Part shown: positions 50,702-62,212 of the stretch, one piece after another
Position numbering within the stretch: position 1 is the first letter of the stretch
Layout of the letters: each line of letters opens with the position of its first letter
Origin: Octopus sinensis
Taxonomy: Eukaryota
DNA: 64,000 nucleotides
NCBI RefSeq assembly: GCF_006345805.1
Contig: NC_042999.1
Coordinates: 160,766,001-160,830,000, forward strand
Direction of reading: 5' to 3'
The notes under the pieces: model-generated
Databases searched by the model: none
What the model saw: the letters and a program-made list of their open reading frames with translations, nothing else
Told to the model about the DNA's origin: nothing
Made by a program: the position numbers and the translations under genes

Positions 50702-51499
50702 CTTTTGTTATATTTCTGCTGCTTTTAAATAAAGCATATTACTCTACCTCTGGTATTTGAGTACTCTTTTTTCCACTTTGTTTCATAGCAAACATGTAAC
50801 CAATGAAACTATTGTTCATAAATAAAACTTGTTCATAAAATAGAACTATATGAATATAACACTGAGTTCAATATTGGCTTTCATTATATATTCTCTCATG
50901 TATTCTGACTTGCAGTCCTATTAAGGATGACTTTTCCCCCTTATCCCTTCCAGAAGTGATAAAAACTAGGCTTGAAACATACTGAAGTGGATTTAAGCAA
51001 CCATACCCTTTTCATACAAAGTGGTGCTATTGAACTTTGTATAATCTTTTGATCGTTATTCAACTTTGAAGAGAGAAATGAGGAAGACTGAGTTGGTGGA
51101 TAGATTGTTTGAATATATTATTTTTTTCCCCATGTAATGATATATCAACATCCCTTTCTGGTATGACGTTCAAAAAGTCATTAGGTAAACTTTTATTCCG
51201 TTTCAAACTGCTGTGATGTGGCATAAATGTTTTGATTATATCAGCTGATATAAATTGATTAAAAACATTTGAAAGTTTTGCACACAGTAATAGCTTACTG
51301 GTTGGAACCTGTTTCATCAAGAGAGTTGAACACTTGTACAAGGTTGACGTCATACAAGAGCATATTACCTAGACACAGGTATAATTAGAAGTTCACTTCA
51401 GAACCCTCTGGTTTCAGGTTCAGTTTCCCAGCATAGCATCTTGGACAAATGTCTTCCAAAACAGATCAAAGCCTTGTGACAAACTGCACTAAACACACA

Positions 51500-51975
51500 C
51501 ACATCATCATCATCATTGTTCGACCGTGGTCAAGACAATGGAATTTACCATGCTACACCAGACTTCACGGTCCATCATGGCATTACGGAGGTCCTGTTGC
51601 TGGATGCCTGTATCCCTGGAGATTACATCAGGGTAGGAGAGTGTGCGCCCTCTGGTATTGCGAGTAGATGGCTTCCAGAGGAGAAGAGTAGAAATTACTT
51701 CTTTTTCAGCTCTACAACAATGTCCAGCAAACTGGACTCTCCTACCTTTCACAAGAGATGACACAGGTGGTAGTTTTCCATATATTTGCATTTTGGTTGG
51801 ATGACGCTTCCACGAGAGATTTTGAGCTCTCATAAGGAGGTGAGTGTAGGTTCCATCCAACTGCCTCTCAAGCTTCTTTGATAACGTCCAGGTTTCTGAG
51901 CCATATAGTAGAATTGGTTCGACTGTGGCTTTGAAGATTTCAAGTTTGAAGTCTCTACTTAGATTTGATGACCAG
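51500..51975 (-). mobile_element. RTE-type LINE 3' end (second family)
   Basis: KLEIFKATVEPILLYGSETWTLSKK...FAGHCCR...; (GAT)n tail at about 51500. Confidence 0.85.
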
Positions 51976-52007
51976 ATCTTATGCATACACACACACACAC
52001 ACATATA

Positions 52008-52838
52008 CATATGAGGTGTTCTGGACTTCCTTCGAAATATCTTCTGCAGCAAAACACTTGTCCCACTTTTGGAATCTGACCCGGAAGTCATTTTCTGTAA
52101 ACGAGTCGAGGACCTTCTGCATTTCACTCTGGATCTCAACAATGGTGTTAAAACAGCAACCTGTGAGCTACATTTTCATCTTGGAGAATAGATGGAAGTC
52201 TGCAGGTGCTAAATCTGGTGAATAGGGTGAGTGTGGAAACAATACCACATTGTTCTTTGTGAGAAAGTTACGAGTGAGAATTCGGTGACACAATGCATTG
52301 TCATTATCAAGAATCCAATTCTTCATACTTCACAGATTCAGTCACTTTCACCAAATGTCCCCCCTCAGATCTTTCAAAACATCACAGTAGAACTTTCGAT
52401 TGATGGTCTGGCCCTGGAGGATGAATTCTCAATGCACAATACCACATTTCTGGGGGTGATGCTTCTGGCAGGTCTTCCAGATTGTTCATCATCTTCCAAG
52501 GATGTTCTGCTTTTGAAGCACCCATGCCACTTGAAACATTGCATACGATTCATTGCTTCATCGCCATAAGCATGCTCAAAGTCTCTGTAGTAGACGTCCC
52601 AAGTCTAACACAAAATTTCATGTTGGCTCTTTGTTCCTGTCCATGACAAAAATCGCAGACTACAGCATACACAGGATCACAAAAACACAAATTTCACAAC
52701 TTGAAAGTAAACACAGTGATGTCACTTGGTACCCTACCTCATGAAGACCACTGCTAGCTCTCACTGCGCATGCAACCATGTGCTGCCATCTGTTGGCGTG
52801 CTACAAAACTAGTCCAGAAATTTTTTGATGTCACCTCG
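52008..52838 (-). mobile_element. Internally deleted mariner
   Basis: Terminus tacgaggtgacatcaaaaaatttctggact at 52838; minus-strand remnants of transposase (PYSPDLAPADFHLF at about 52190-52230). Confidence 0.75.
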
Positions 52839-52887
52839 TATGTGTGTGTGTATATATATATATTCCCTCAAATAATAATTATATATA

Positions 52888-53612
52888 CGAGGTGGTGAAG
52901 CACGACCTTCGAACATTAGGTCTCACCATGGAAATGACTAGAGACCGAGACCTATGGAAGTATGCTGTGCGTGAGAAGACCCGGCAAGACTAGTGAAGCC
53001 ATAACCCGTGGCCCCTACCTGGGACGTAGTCAGTCCACCTGTGCATGCCTTCCTTCTTGTGACACTTGTGAAGACCTGTTGAGGCAAGTGAAAATCAAAT
53101 CAAATCAAACCAAATCAAAATAGATGAACATCAATGGAATTTGTATCCTTGTGGTACCAGTGCCGGTGGCACATAAGAAAACCATCCGAATGTGACCGTA
53201 GCCAGTACCGCATCAACTGGCCTCCGTGCTGTGGGCACGTAACAAACACCATCCGATCATGGCCGTTTGCCAGCCTCGTCTGGCACCTGTGTCAGTGGCA
53301 CATAAGAAAACACCATCCGAGCGTGGCCGTCTGCCAGCCTCGTCTGGCACCTGTGTCGGTGGCACATAAAAAACACCATCCGAGCGTGGCCGTCTGCCAG
53401 CCTCGTCTGGCACCTGTGTCGGTGGCACATAAAATCACCCACTACACTCTCGGAGTGGTTGGCGTTAGGAAGGGCATCCAGCTGTAGAAACACTGCCAGA
53501 TCTGACTGGCCTGGTGCAGCCTTCGGGCTTGCCAGGCCCCAGTTGAACCGTCCAACCCATGCTAGCATGGAAAGCGGACGTTAAACGATGATGATGATGA
53601 TAATGATGATGA
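52888..53612 (+). mobile_element. RTE LINE 5'-truncated 3' end
   Basis: EVVKHDLRTLGLTMEMTRDRDLWKYAVREKTRQD*, 3' UTR with about 63-bp sub-repeats, (gat)n tail. Confidence 0.9.
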
Positions 53613-53650
53613 TATATATATATGTATTTATTTATATATATATATATATA

Positions 53651-54075
53651 GGCGCAGGAGTGGCTGTGTGGTAAGTAGCTGGCTAACCAACCACGTGGTT
53701 CCGGGTTCAGTCCCACTGCGTGGCATCTTGGGCAAGTGTCTTCTGCTATAGCCCCGGGCTGACCAAAGCCTTGTGAGTGGATTTGGTAGATGGAAACTGA
53801 AAGAAGCCTGTCGTATATATGTATATATATATATGTGTGTGTGTGTGGGGGGGGGGTTGTGTGTCTGTGTTTGTCCCCCTAGCATTGCTTGACAACCGAT
53901 GCTGGTGTGTTTACGTCCCCGTCACTTAGCGGTTCGGCAAAAGAGACCGATAGAGTAAGTACTGGGCTTACAAAGAATAAGTCCCGGGGTCGATTTGCTC
54001 GACTAAAGGCGGTGCTCCAGCATGGCCGCAGTCAAATGTCTGAAACAAGTAAAAGAGTAAAAAGAGTAAAGAGTA
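53651..54075 (+). mobile_element. SINE family A
   Basis: Consensus. Confidence 0.9.
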
Positions 54076-54087
54076 TATAAATATATA

Positions 54088-54232
54088 TGGTTGGCGTTAG
54101 GAAGGGCATCCAGCCGTAGAAACACTGCCAGATCTGACTGGGCCTGACGAAGCCTTCCAGCTTCACAGACCCCAGTTGATCCGTCCAACCCATGCTAGCA
54201 TGGAAAGCGGACGCTAAATGATGATGATGATA
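54088..54232 (+). mobile_element. RTE tail fragment
   Basis: ggttggcgttaggaagggcatccagcc ... (gat)n. Confidence 0.85.
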
Positions 54233-54365
54233 TATATATATATTCCCCAAATAATAATTATATATATATATATAATATATTATTCCCTCAAATAATAATT
54301 ATATATATATATATATTATATATATATATATACTTTATTTAAAGCAGCAGAAAATCCAACAAAAT

Positions 54366-54403
54366 CTGTTACTCTGAGTTTCTCGTTGCCGTTCATCAGA
54401 CAG
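54366..54403 (-). ncRNA. Minimal type I hammerhead ribozyme motif
   Basis: Reverse strand ctgt-CTGATGA-acggcaacga-GAAA-ctcagag-TA-acag. Confidence 0.75.
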
Positions 54404-55439
54404 TTTTTGCTAGAATGGAACTTATATATTAATTCAATCTATACTCTTACAAACGCTACACCTTTAAAAAGAAATGGACTTGTTCGATTGGCCCTTTAGA
54501 AAAAACGGTAATCTTCGAGCGATAAACAAAAGGTCAAATATATGTATATATATAAAAACTTATAAAAATTATAAAATCCGAGGAAAAAACCGAGGAAAAA
54601 ACCTATTGCCGTTAATGAAGACAGTACAAATTAATGCATAGAAATTAAACCTGTTATAAATACTGCAATAAATATTATATTAAAATCTACATATATATAT
54701 CAACATACACAAAAGGATGCGCGTAAACGCCATACATACATATACAGACGTATGAATATGAATCTAAATATACACATAAAAGCATGTGTACATATATTCA
54801 CGCAAACCGTCTCGCACGCAAGCTAAAATTCATCTATGTAGCAATTCTCATATACTGAGCAAGGAGGGGACGAAAGAAAGGGAAAGAGAGAAAAAGGAAC
54901 GAAGGAGGGGTGGGGAAAAAACTTGTAACGATGTTATTGGCATCTATAGAGGCCAGTATACATACACAAGTTTGAATTGATACATATACATACCGTCGTG
55001 TATATGTGTGCTTAAGCACAAGCATACTTTCACTTACACATACACAGATACGCATGCTTACAAATACATATGCTTTGCTATACACATACTTATATAAACA
55101 TTCTAATTTTGACAACATTGCTTTTTTTTAAAAAAAACATTGCTTTTAAAAAATGGGTGCATTAATAAAAAATATATACGAAAGACATATAAAATAAAAT
55201 ATAACATCCTATTTTGGGTCATTTATAAATAATCAGGGTAATATAAATCATCAAGGTAATCCTATGCAATACAATAACATGAAAACAAAGTTTGTAGGTT
55301 TTTCCTAATATATATGTATAAACATAAGACTTTGCTATAAATCCGTCGTAGCGCTCAAGAGTCAAAATCAAAATCAAAAATCAAAAATACAAAATATATA
55401 CTCTATCCATATGGTATATTTATATTCGACATTTTAAAT

Positions 55440-56934
55440 TTAGCCGCGTGCCTACATAAGTTCATTAACTCACTTCTTTGATTCAAAGAATTATTGTCTT
55501 TGAATAAGATGTGCATTTTCTCTAATAGCAAAGTCTGCACTTGAAATTATATTTGTAAGCTCCATGCCTGTATGGTGCCGCCCTGTCCAGAATGCTCCAT
55601 GTCGCGTTGAAAGGTGGGGCTTCCTTTTCTTTTAGTTCCCAGACATATTTTGCTAGGCTGGTTTTCTTCCTATTCTCTGGGTATTTAAAAGAATTCTTAT
55701 GAGAATAAAATCTTGTTTTAAATGAATTTTCTGAAGCCCCTGTGTATGTCTTGTATTCCGATGAGCCTTCCACTTGCACCTTGGCTCTATAAACTACTCT
55801 TTTCACTAGACATTTCCCTTCTAACGGACAGGAGCTTTCGTTTTTGAAATTACATTTCTTAATGGGCTCGGCACCATGTCTAATCTCAATTAGCTTCCTA
55901 TTATGTTGGCTAATGTAAGAGGCGAAATTTCTGCAACAAGAATAGCTAACCTTCAGGGTTCTTCTATTAAATATTCTGTAGAATTTATGACCCTGCTTAA
56001 AATGCTTAGAGACTAATCAAAAATTCCTTACCTATATTAGTCTTTACGGCCAAATTGAAAGCCGGGTTGAACCACAAACTTTCCTGGTCCTAGTTCTTCG
56101 TGCAGCATTATTATTAGCATTAAGCTGGTTGAACTGGATCTTCTCCGAGAATCCACTATTCTTTAATGCGCTATCGTAATAAGGTGCAGCATTATGGAAT
56201 GCTGCCTCGTCCGAAGAAATTGAAGATATTCTTCTACCTACATTGCTGACTAAGTTGCTAAGGATAACTGGTGGATGGTTCGAATCTTTGCTAATATACG
56301 ATAGCTTTTCATTGGGCTTACGGAAAGGTTTAAATCTATCCGATCTTACATTAAAATTTACGTCTAAAAAATCTACACTATTCAGGTTAGCATCTATCGT
56401 AATCCGTAAGCCCATCCTTTGAAAGAAAGCTATAAGGTCCTTCCTAAGTCTATCTGATTCATGGCCGTTTAGATTATGCGTGGCTATAAGGCCGTCATCC
56501 TATATAACCTGCATCTATAAATGGGAATTCTATTTTTAGATTATGGAGAATAAAGGCTCCTATGAGCATACATAATCAGCCCCGTCGTATGCCCCCATCG
56601 GTACATCGAAAAGAGAATCCTCAGTCTTCTTAATCCAGGTGGAATCCTCGAAAAAAAGAAGCGATTTCCTCGCATGCATAATAATTTCAATTTCCGAGCT
56701 ATCGATGTTGACATACTGCTTGGCGAAGTCCAATGCCCTCAGGAGCAACGTCCTAGATATCGACGGGTAAAAGTCAATAATGTCGAATTGTGTGAAACTA
56801 CAATTATTCTTATAGCTAATACCTTTAAACCACTCTATAACTGACTTACTATTCTTCCAAATTCTCAAGTCTACTTCACTATTTAACTTAACTAAAATAC
56901 GGTCCAAAATATTTTTGCTAATAATTCCTATACA
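55440..56934 (-). pseudogene. Penelope RT + GIY-YIG endonuclease, frameshifted
   Basis: FTQFDIIDFYPSI, FDVPMGAYDGA, frameshifted LYRDDGL, VDFLDV, SNHPP, CPLEGKCL, VVYRAKV...YTGASENSFKTRFYSH...CRLC. Confidence 0.9.
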
Positions 56935-57610
56935 AAGCATATGTATTTGTAAGCATGCGTATCTGTGTATGTGTAAGTGAAAGTATGCTTGTGCTTAAGC
57001 ACATATACACGACGGTATGTATATGTATCAATTCAAACTTGTGTATGTATACTGGCCTCTATAGATGCCAATAACATCGTTACAAGTTTTTTCCCCACCC
57101 CTCCTTCGTTCCTTTTTCTCTCTTTCCCTTTCTTTCGTTCCCCCTCCTTGCTCAGTATATGAGAATTGCTACATAGATGAATTTTAGCTTGCGTGCGAGA
57201 CGGTTTGCGTGAATATATGTACACATGCTTTTATGTGTATATTTAGATTCATATTCATACGTCTGTATATGTATGTATGGCGTTTACGCGCATCCTTTTG
57301 TGTATGTTGATATATATATGTAGATTTTAATATAAATATGTATTGCAGTATTTATAACAGGTTTAATTTCTATGCATTAATTTGTACTGTCTTCATAACG
57401 GCAATAGGTTTTTTCCTCGGTTTTTCCTCGGATTTTATAATTTTTATAAGTTTTTATATATATATATACATATATTTTTGGCCTTTTTGTTTATCGCTCG
57501 AAGATTGACCGTTTTTTCTAAAGGGCCAATCAAACAAGTCCATTTCTTTTAAAAGGTGTAGCGTTTGTAAGAGATAGATTGAATTATATATAAGTTCCAT
57601 TCTAGCAAAA

Positions 57611-57648
57611 CTGTCTGATGAACGGCAACGAGAAACTCAGAGTAACAG
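57611..57648 (+). ncRNA. Minimal type I hammerhead ribozyme motif
   Basis: ctgt-CTGATGA-acggcaacga-GAAA-ctcagag-TA-acag; predicted cleavage after GUA at 57644. Confidence 0.75.
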
Positions 57649-57944
57649 ATTTTGTTGAATTTTCTGCTGCTTAAAATAAAGCATATTACTCTACCACTGG
57701 TATTTGAGTACTCTTTTTTCCACCTTGTTTCACATTTATGTGTTTACTCCGGTCTATATATATATATATGTATATATGATTTGTATTTAAAAAGATGTAA
57801 TTAAATAACTATTGAACATATGCTAATATGTTAGCATAATAGATACAATAAATATCTATCATTTTATCAGCAACTGAAATCAAAATACTTAAAATTATGA
57901 AAAATATAGAATGAGTGATAAAACAAAAAATGGGAAACGATTAT

Positions 57945-60900
57945 GGTGGTATCTAAGAAGCACCATTTGAGCGTGGTCAATGCCAGTACCACCTGATTGG
58001 CTCCCATGACAGTGGTATGTAAAAAACACCATTTGAGCATGGTCAATGCCAGTACCACCTGAATGGCTCTCATGACAGTGGTATGTAAAAAACACCATTT
58101 GAGCATGGTCAATGCCAGTACCACCTGACTGGCTCCCATGACAGTGGTATGTAAAAAACACCATTTGAGCATGGTCAATGCCAGTACCACCTGAATGGCT
58201 CCCATGACAGTGGTATGTAAAAAACACCATTTGAGCATGGTCAATGCCAGTACCACCTGAATGGCTCCCATGACAGTGGTATGTAAAAAACACCATTTGA
58301 GCATGGTCAATGCCAGTACCACCTGAATGGCTCTCATGACAGTGGTATGTAAAAAACACCATTTGAGCATGGTCAATGCCAGTACCACCTGACTGGCTCC
58401 CATGACAGTGGTATGTAAAAAACACCATTTGAGCATGGTCAATGCCAGTACCACCTGAATGGCTCCCATGACAGTGGTATGTAAAAAACACCATTTGAGC
58501 ATGGTCAATACCAGTACCACCTGACTGGCTCCCATGACAGTGGTATGTAAAAAACACCATTTGAGCATGGTCAATGCCAGTACCACCTGACTGGCTCCCA
58601 TGACAGTGGTATGTAAAAAACACCATTTGAGCATGGTCAATGCCAGTACCACCTGACTGGCTCCCATGACAGTGGTATGTAAAAAACACCATTTGAGCAT
58701 GGTCAATGCCAGTACCACCTGAATGGCTTCCATGACAGTGGTATGTAAAGAACACCATTTGAGCGTGGTCAATGCCAGTACCACCTGAATGGCTCCCATG
58801 ACAGTGGTATGTAAAAAACACCATTTGAGCATGGTCAATGCCAGTACCACCTGAATGGCTTCCATGACAGTGGTATGTAAAAAACACCATTTGAGCATGG
58901 TCAATGCCAGTACCACCTGACTGGCTCCCATGACAGTGGTATGTAAAAAACACCATTTGAGCATGGTCAATGCCAGTACCACCTGAATGGCTTCCATGAC
59001 AGTGGTATGTAAAGAACACCATTTGAGCGTGGTCAATGCCAGTACCACCTGAATGGCTCCCAAGACAGTGGTATGTAAAAAACACCATTTGAGCATGGTC
59101 AATGCCAGTACCACCTGAATGGCTCCCATGACAGTGGTATGTAAAGAACACCATTTGAGCGTGGTCAATGCCAGTACCACCTGAATGGCTTCCATGACAG
59201 TGGTATGTAAAAAACACCATTTGAGCATGGTCAATGCCAGTACCACCTGAGTGGCTCCCATGACAGTGGTATGTAAAAAGCACCATTTGAGCGTGGTCAA
59301 TGCCAGTACCACCTGAATGGCTCCCATGACAGTGGTATGTAAAAAACACCATTTGAGCATGGTCAATGCCAGTACCACCTGAATGGCTTCCATGACAGTG
59401 GTATGTAAAGAACACCATTTGAGCGTGGTCAATGCCAGTACCACCTGAATGGCTCCCAAGACAGTGGTATGTAAAAAAACCCATTTGAGCATGGTCAATG
59501 CCAGTACCACCTGAATGGCTCCCATGACAGTGGTATGTAAAGAACACCATTTGAGCGTGGTCAATGCCAGTACCACCTGAATGACTTCCATGACAGTGGT
59601 ATGTAAAAAACACCATTTGAGCATGGTCAATGCCAGTACCACCTGAATGGCTCCCATGACAGTGGTATGTAAAAAGCACCATTTGAGCGTGGTCGATGCC
59701 AGTACCACCTGAATGGCTCCCATGACAGTGGTATGTAAAAAACACCATTTGAGCATGGTCAATGCCAGTACCACCTGAATGGCTTCCATGACAGTGGTAT
59801 GTAAAGAACACCATTTGAGCGTGGTCAATGCCAGTACCACCTGAATGGCTCCCAAGACAGTGGTATGTAAAAAACACCATTTGAGCGTGGTCAATGCCAG
59901 TACCACCTGAATGGCTCCCATGACAGTGGTATGTAAAGAACACCATTTGAGCGTGGTCAATGCCAGTACCACCTGAATGGCTTCCATGACAGTGGTATGT
60001 AAAAAACACCATTTGAGCATGGTCAATGCCAGTACCACCTGAATGGCTCCCATGACAGTGGTATGTAAAAAGCACCATTTGAGCATGGTCAATGCCAGTA
60101 CCACCTGAATGGCTCCCATGACAGTGGTATGTAAAAAACACCATTTGAGCATGGTCAATGCCAGTACCACCTGAATGGCTTCCATGACAGTGGTATGTAA
60201 AGAACACCATTTGAGCATGGTCAATGCCAGTACCACCTGAATGGCTCCCATGACAGTGGTATGTAAAAAGCACCATTTGAGCGTGGTCAATGCCAGTACC
60301 ACCTGAATGGCTCCCATGACAGTGGTATGTAAAAAACACCATTTGAGCGTGGTCAATGCCAGTACCACCTGACTGGCTCCCATGAGAGTGGTATGTAAAA
60401 AACACCATTTGAGCATGGTCAATGCCAGTACCACCTGAATGGCTTCCATGACAGTGGTATGTAAAAAGCACCATTTGAGCGTGGTCAATGCCAGTACCAC
60501 CTGACTGGCTCCCATGACAGTGGTATGTAAAAAACACCATTTGAGCGTGGTCAATGCCAGTACCACCTGACTGGCTCCCATGACAGTGGTATGTAAAAAA
60601 CACCATTTGAGCATGGTCAATGCCAGTACCACCTGACTGGCTCCCATGACAGTGGTATGTAAAAAACACCATTTGAGCATGGTCAATGCCAGTACCACCT
60701 GACTGGCTCCCATGATAGTGGTATGTAAAAAACACCATTTGAGCGTGGTCAATGCCAGTACCACCTGACTGGCTCCCATGACAGTGGTATGTAAAAAACA
60801 CCATTTGAGCATGGTCAATGCCAGTACCACCTGACTGGCTCCCATGACAGTGGTATGTAAAAAGCACCATTTGAGCGTGGTCAATGCCAGTACCACCTGA

Positions 60901-61065
60901 CTGGCTCCCATGACAGTGGTATGTAAAAAACACCATTTGAGCATGGTCAATGCCAGTACCACCTGAATGGCTCCCATGACAGTGGTATGTAAAAAGCACC
61001 ATTTGAGCGTGGTCAATGCCAGTACCACCTGACTGGCTCCCACGCCGGTGGCACGTTAAAAGCCA
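57945..61065. repeat. 66-bp tandem array, 47 units, derived from an RTE 3'-UTR sub-repeat
   Basis: Unit caccatttgagcRtggtcaatgccagtaccacctgaMtggctYccatgacagtggtatgtaaaaaa; 22-aa periodicity in both minus-strand ORFs. Confidence 0.95.
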
Positions 61066-61169
61066 CCTGGCTAGCCACATGACTACATTCTGTTTGTTTA
61101 TTTATTTCACTTTTGTCCCTCATCAGTCCACTCAGGGTCTTGTCTTGAATTACATTTATTCATTTACAT

Positions 61170-61335
61170 AGGCGCAGGAGTGGCTGTGTGATAAGTAGCT
61201 TGCTAACCAACCACATGGTTCCGGGTTCAGTCCCACTGTGTGACATCTTGGGCAAGTGTCTTCTGCTATAGCCCCAGGCCGACCAATGCCTTGTGAGTGG
61301 ATTTGGTAGACAGAAACTGAAAGAAGCCTGTCGTA

Positions 61336-61390
<55 letters not shown>

Positions 61391-61592
61391 CTGTGTTTGT
61401 CCCCCTAGCATCACTTGACAACTGATGCTGGTGTGTTTACGACCCCGTCACTTAGCGGTTCGGCAAAAGAGACCGATAGAATAAGTACTGGGCTTACAAA
61501 GAATAAGTCTTAGGGTCAATTTGCTCGACTAAAGGCGGTGCTCCAGCATGGCCACAGTCAAATGACTGAAACAAGTAAAAGAGTAAAGAGAG
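61170..61592 (+). mobile_element. SINE family A
   Basis: Consensus. Confidence 0.9.
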
Positions 61593-62212
61593 TATGCCCA
61601 CTTCTGTGATCCCACATTCTCAACAGCTCCTATTTGGAAGCAATATTATTGATGATGGCATGAAATTGCATTTGGCACCCTGACCAATAACAGGGAAGGA
61701 ATTGGTGACCTTCTGTATTTGTTTTCCATTCGTCTGTGCATTTAGTATATGTTTTCCAACTCAACTTTCCATATCTTATTTCTGTTAATTTGTTTATTAC
61801 TATACATGGGTCATCACAATTGCTTAAGGTAAAAATGAATTCCTCGCTCTTTCGGAAACATCAATCTTTCCACCACTTTGATCTATTTTTTGTATTGAAT
61901 ACGTATCGCCACCGTGGGCCACTGCATCGAACACTTTGAACATATGCTTCAAACTATATATTAACTATACATGAACTATATATCAACTATACATGAACTC
62001 TAAGATGTCTGACTCCGTTGTGTATTATAAATGAATTTCTTGTGTTTGACGGCATGAGCTGTCTTTTTTTATATATAACTTTTTTTGATAAGGTTCATTT
62101 CAGGAACTGAAACATGTTATAAGGTATTATAAAAGTTAAAAATTGTATAATACAGCAGCATTTTCGAACTTCATTTTTTACAATATATATATATATATAT
62201 ATATATTATATA

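Larger units (their letters stand above)
50571..50790. mobile_element. Fold-back Penelope-end derivative (two inverted pLTR ends plus tail)
   Basis: Arms about 50571-50645 and 50660-50735 are reverse complements; tail homologous to 57685-57740. Confidence 0.8.
54331..57755 (-). mobile_element. Penelope-like retroelement, 5'-truncated, flanked by inverted terminal repeats
   Basis: RT-thumb-GIY-YIG coding remnant between 54331-55076 and its reverse complement 56934-about 57685, plus a tail of about 70 bp. Confidence 0.9.

Noticed and set aside
51060-51353. 97-aa minus-strand ORF in non-repetitive sequence
   Set aside because: No recognisable domain or convincing splice signals; length is within chance for this window, though a BLAST would be cheap
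57867-61043. 1058-aa hydrophobic repeat ORF (MGASQVVLALTMLKWCFLHTTV)n
   Set aside because: By-product of a 66-bp stop-free unit; most common unit variants are non-synonymous in this frame
57945-61065. CRISPR-like appearance of the regular repeats
   Set aside because: There are no unique spacers (contiguous tandem units), no cas genes, and the context is eukaryotic
5977-61414. Recurrent short ORFs such as MLGGQTQT..., MTTDAGVFTS..., MPRSGTEPGTMWLVSKLLTTQPLL and MDGSTGVWEARRL...
   Set aside because: Chance frames in SINE family A and RTE 3' UTR copies, not genes
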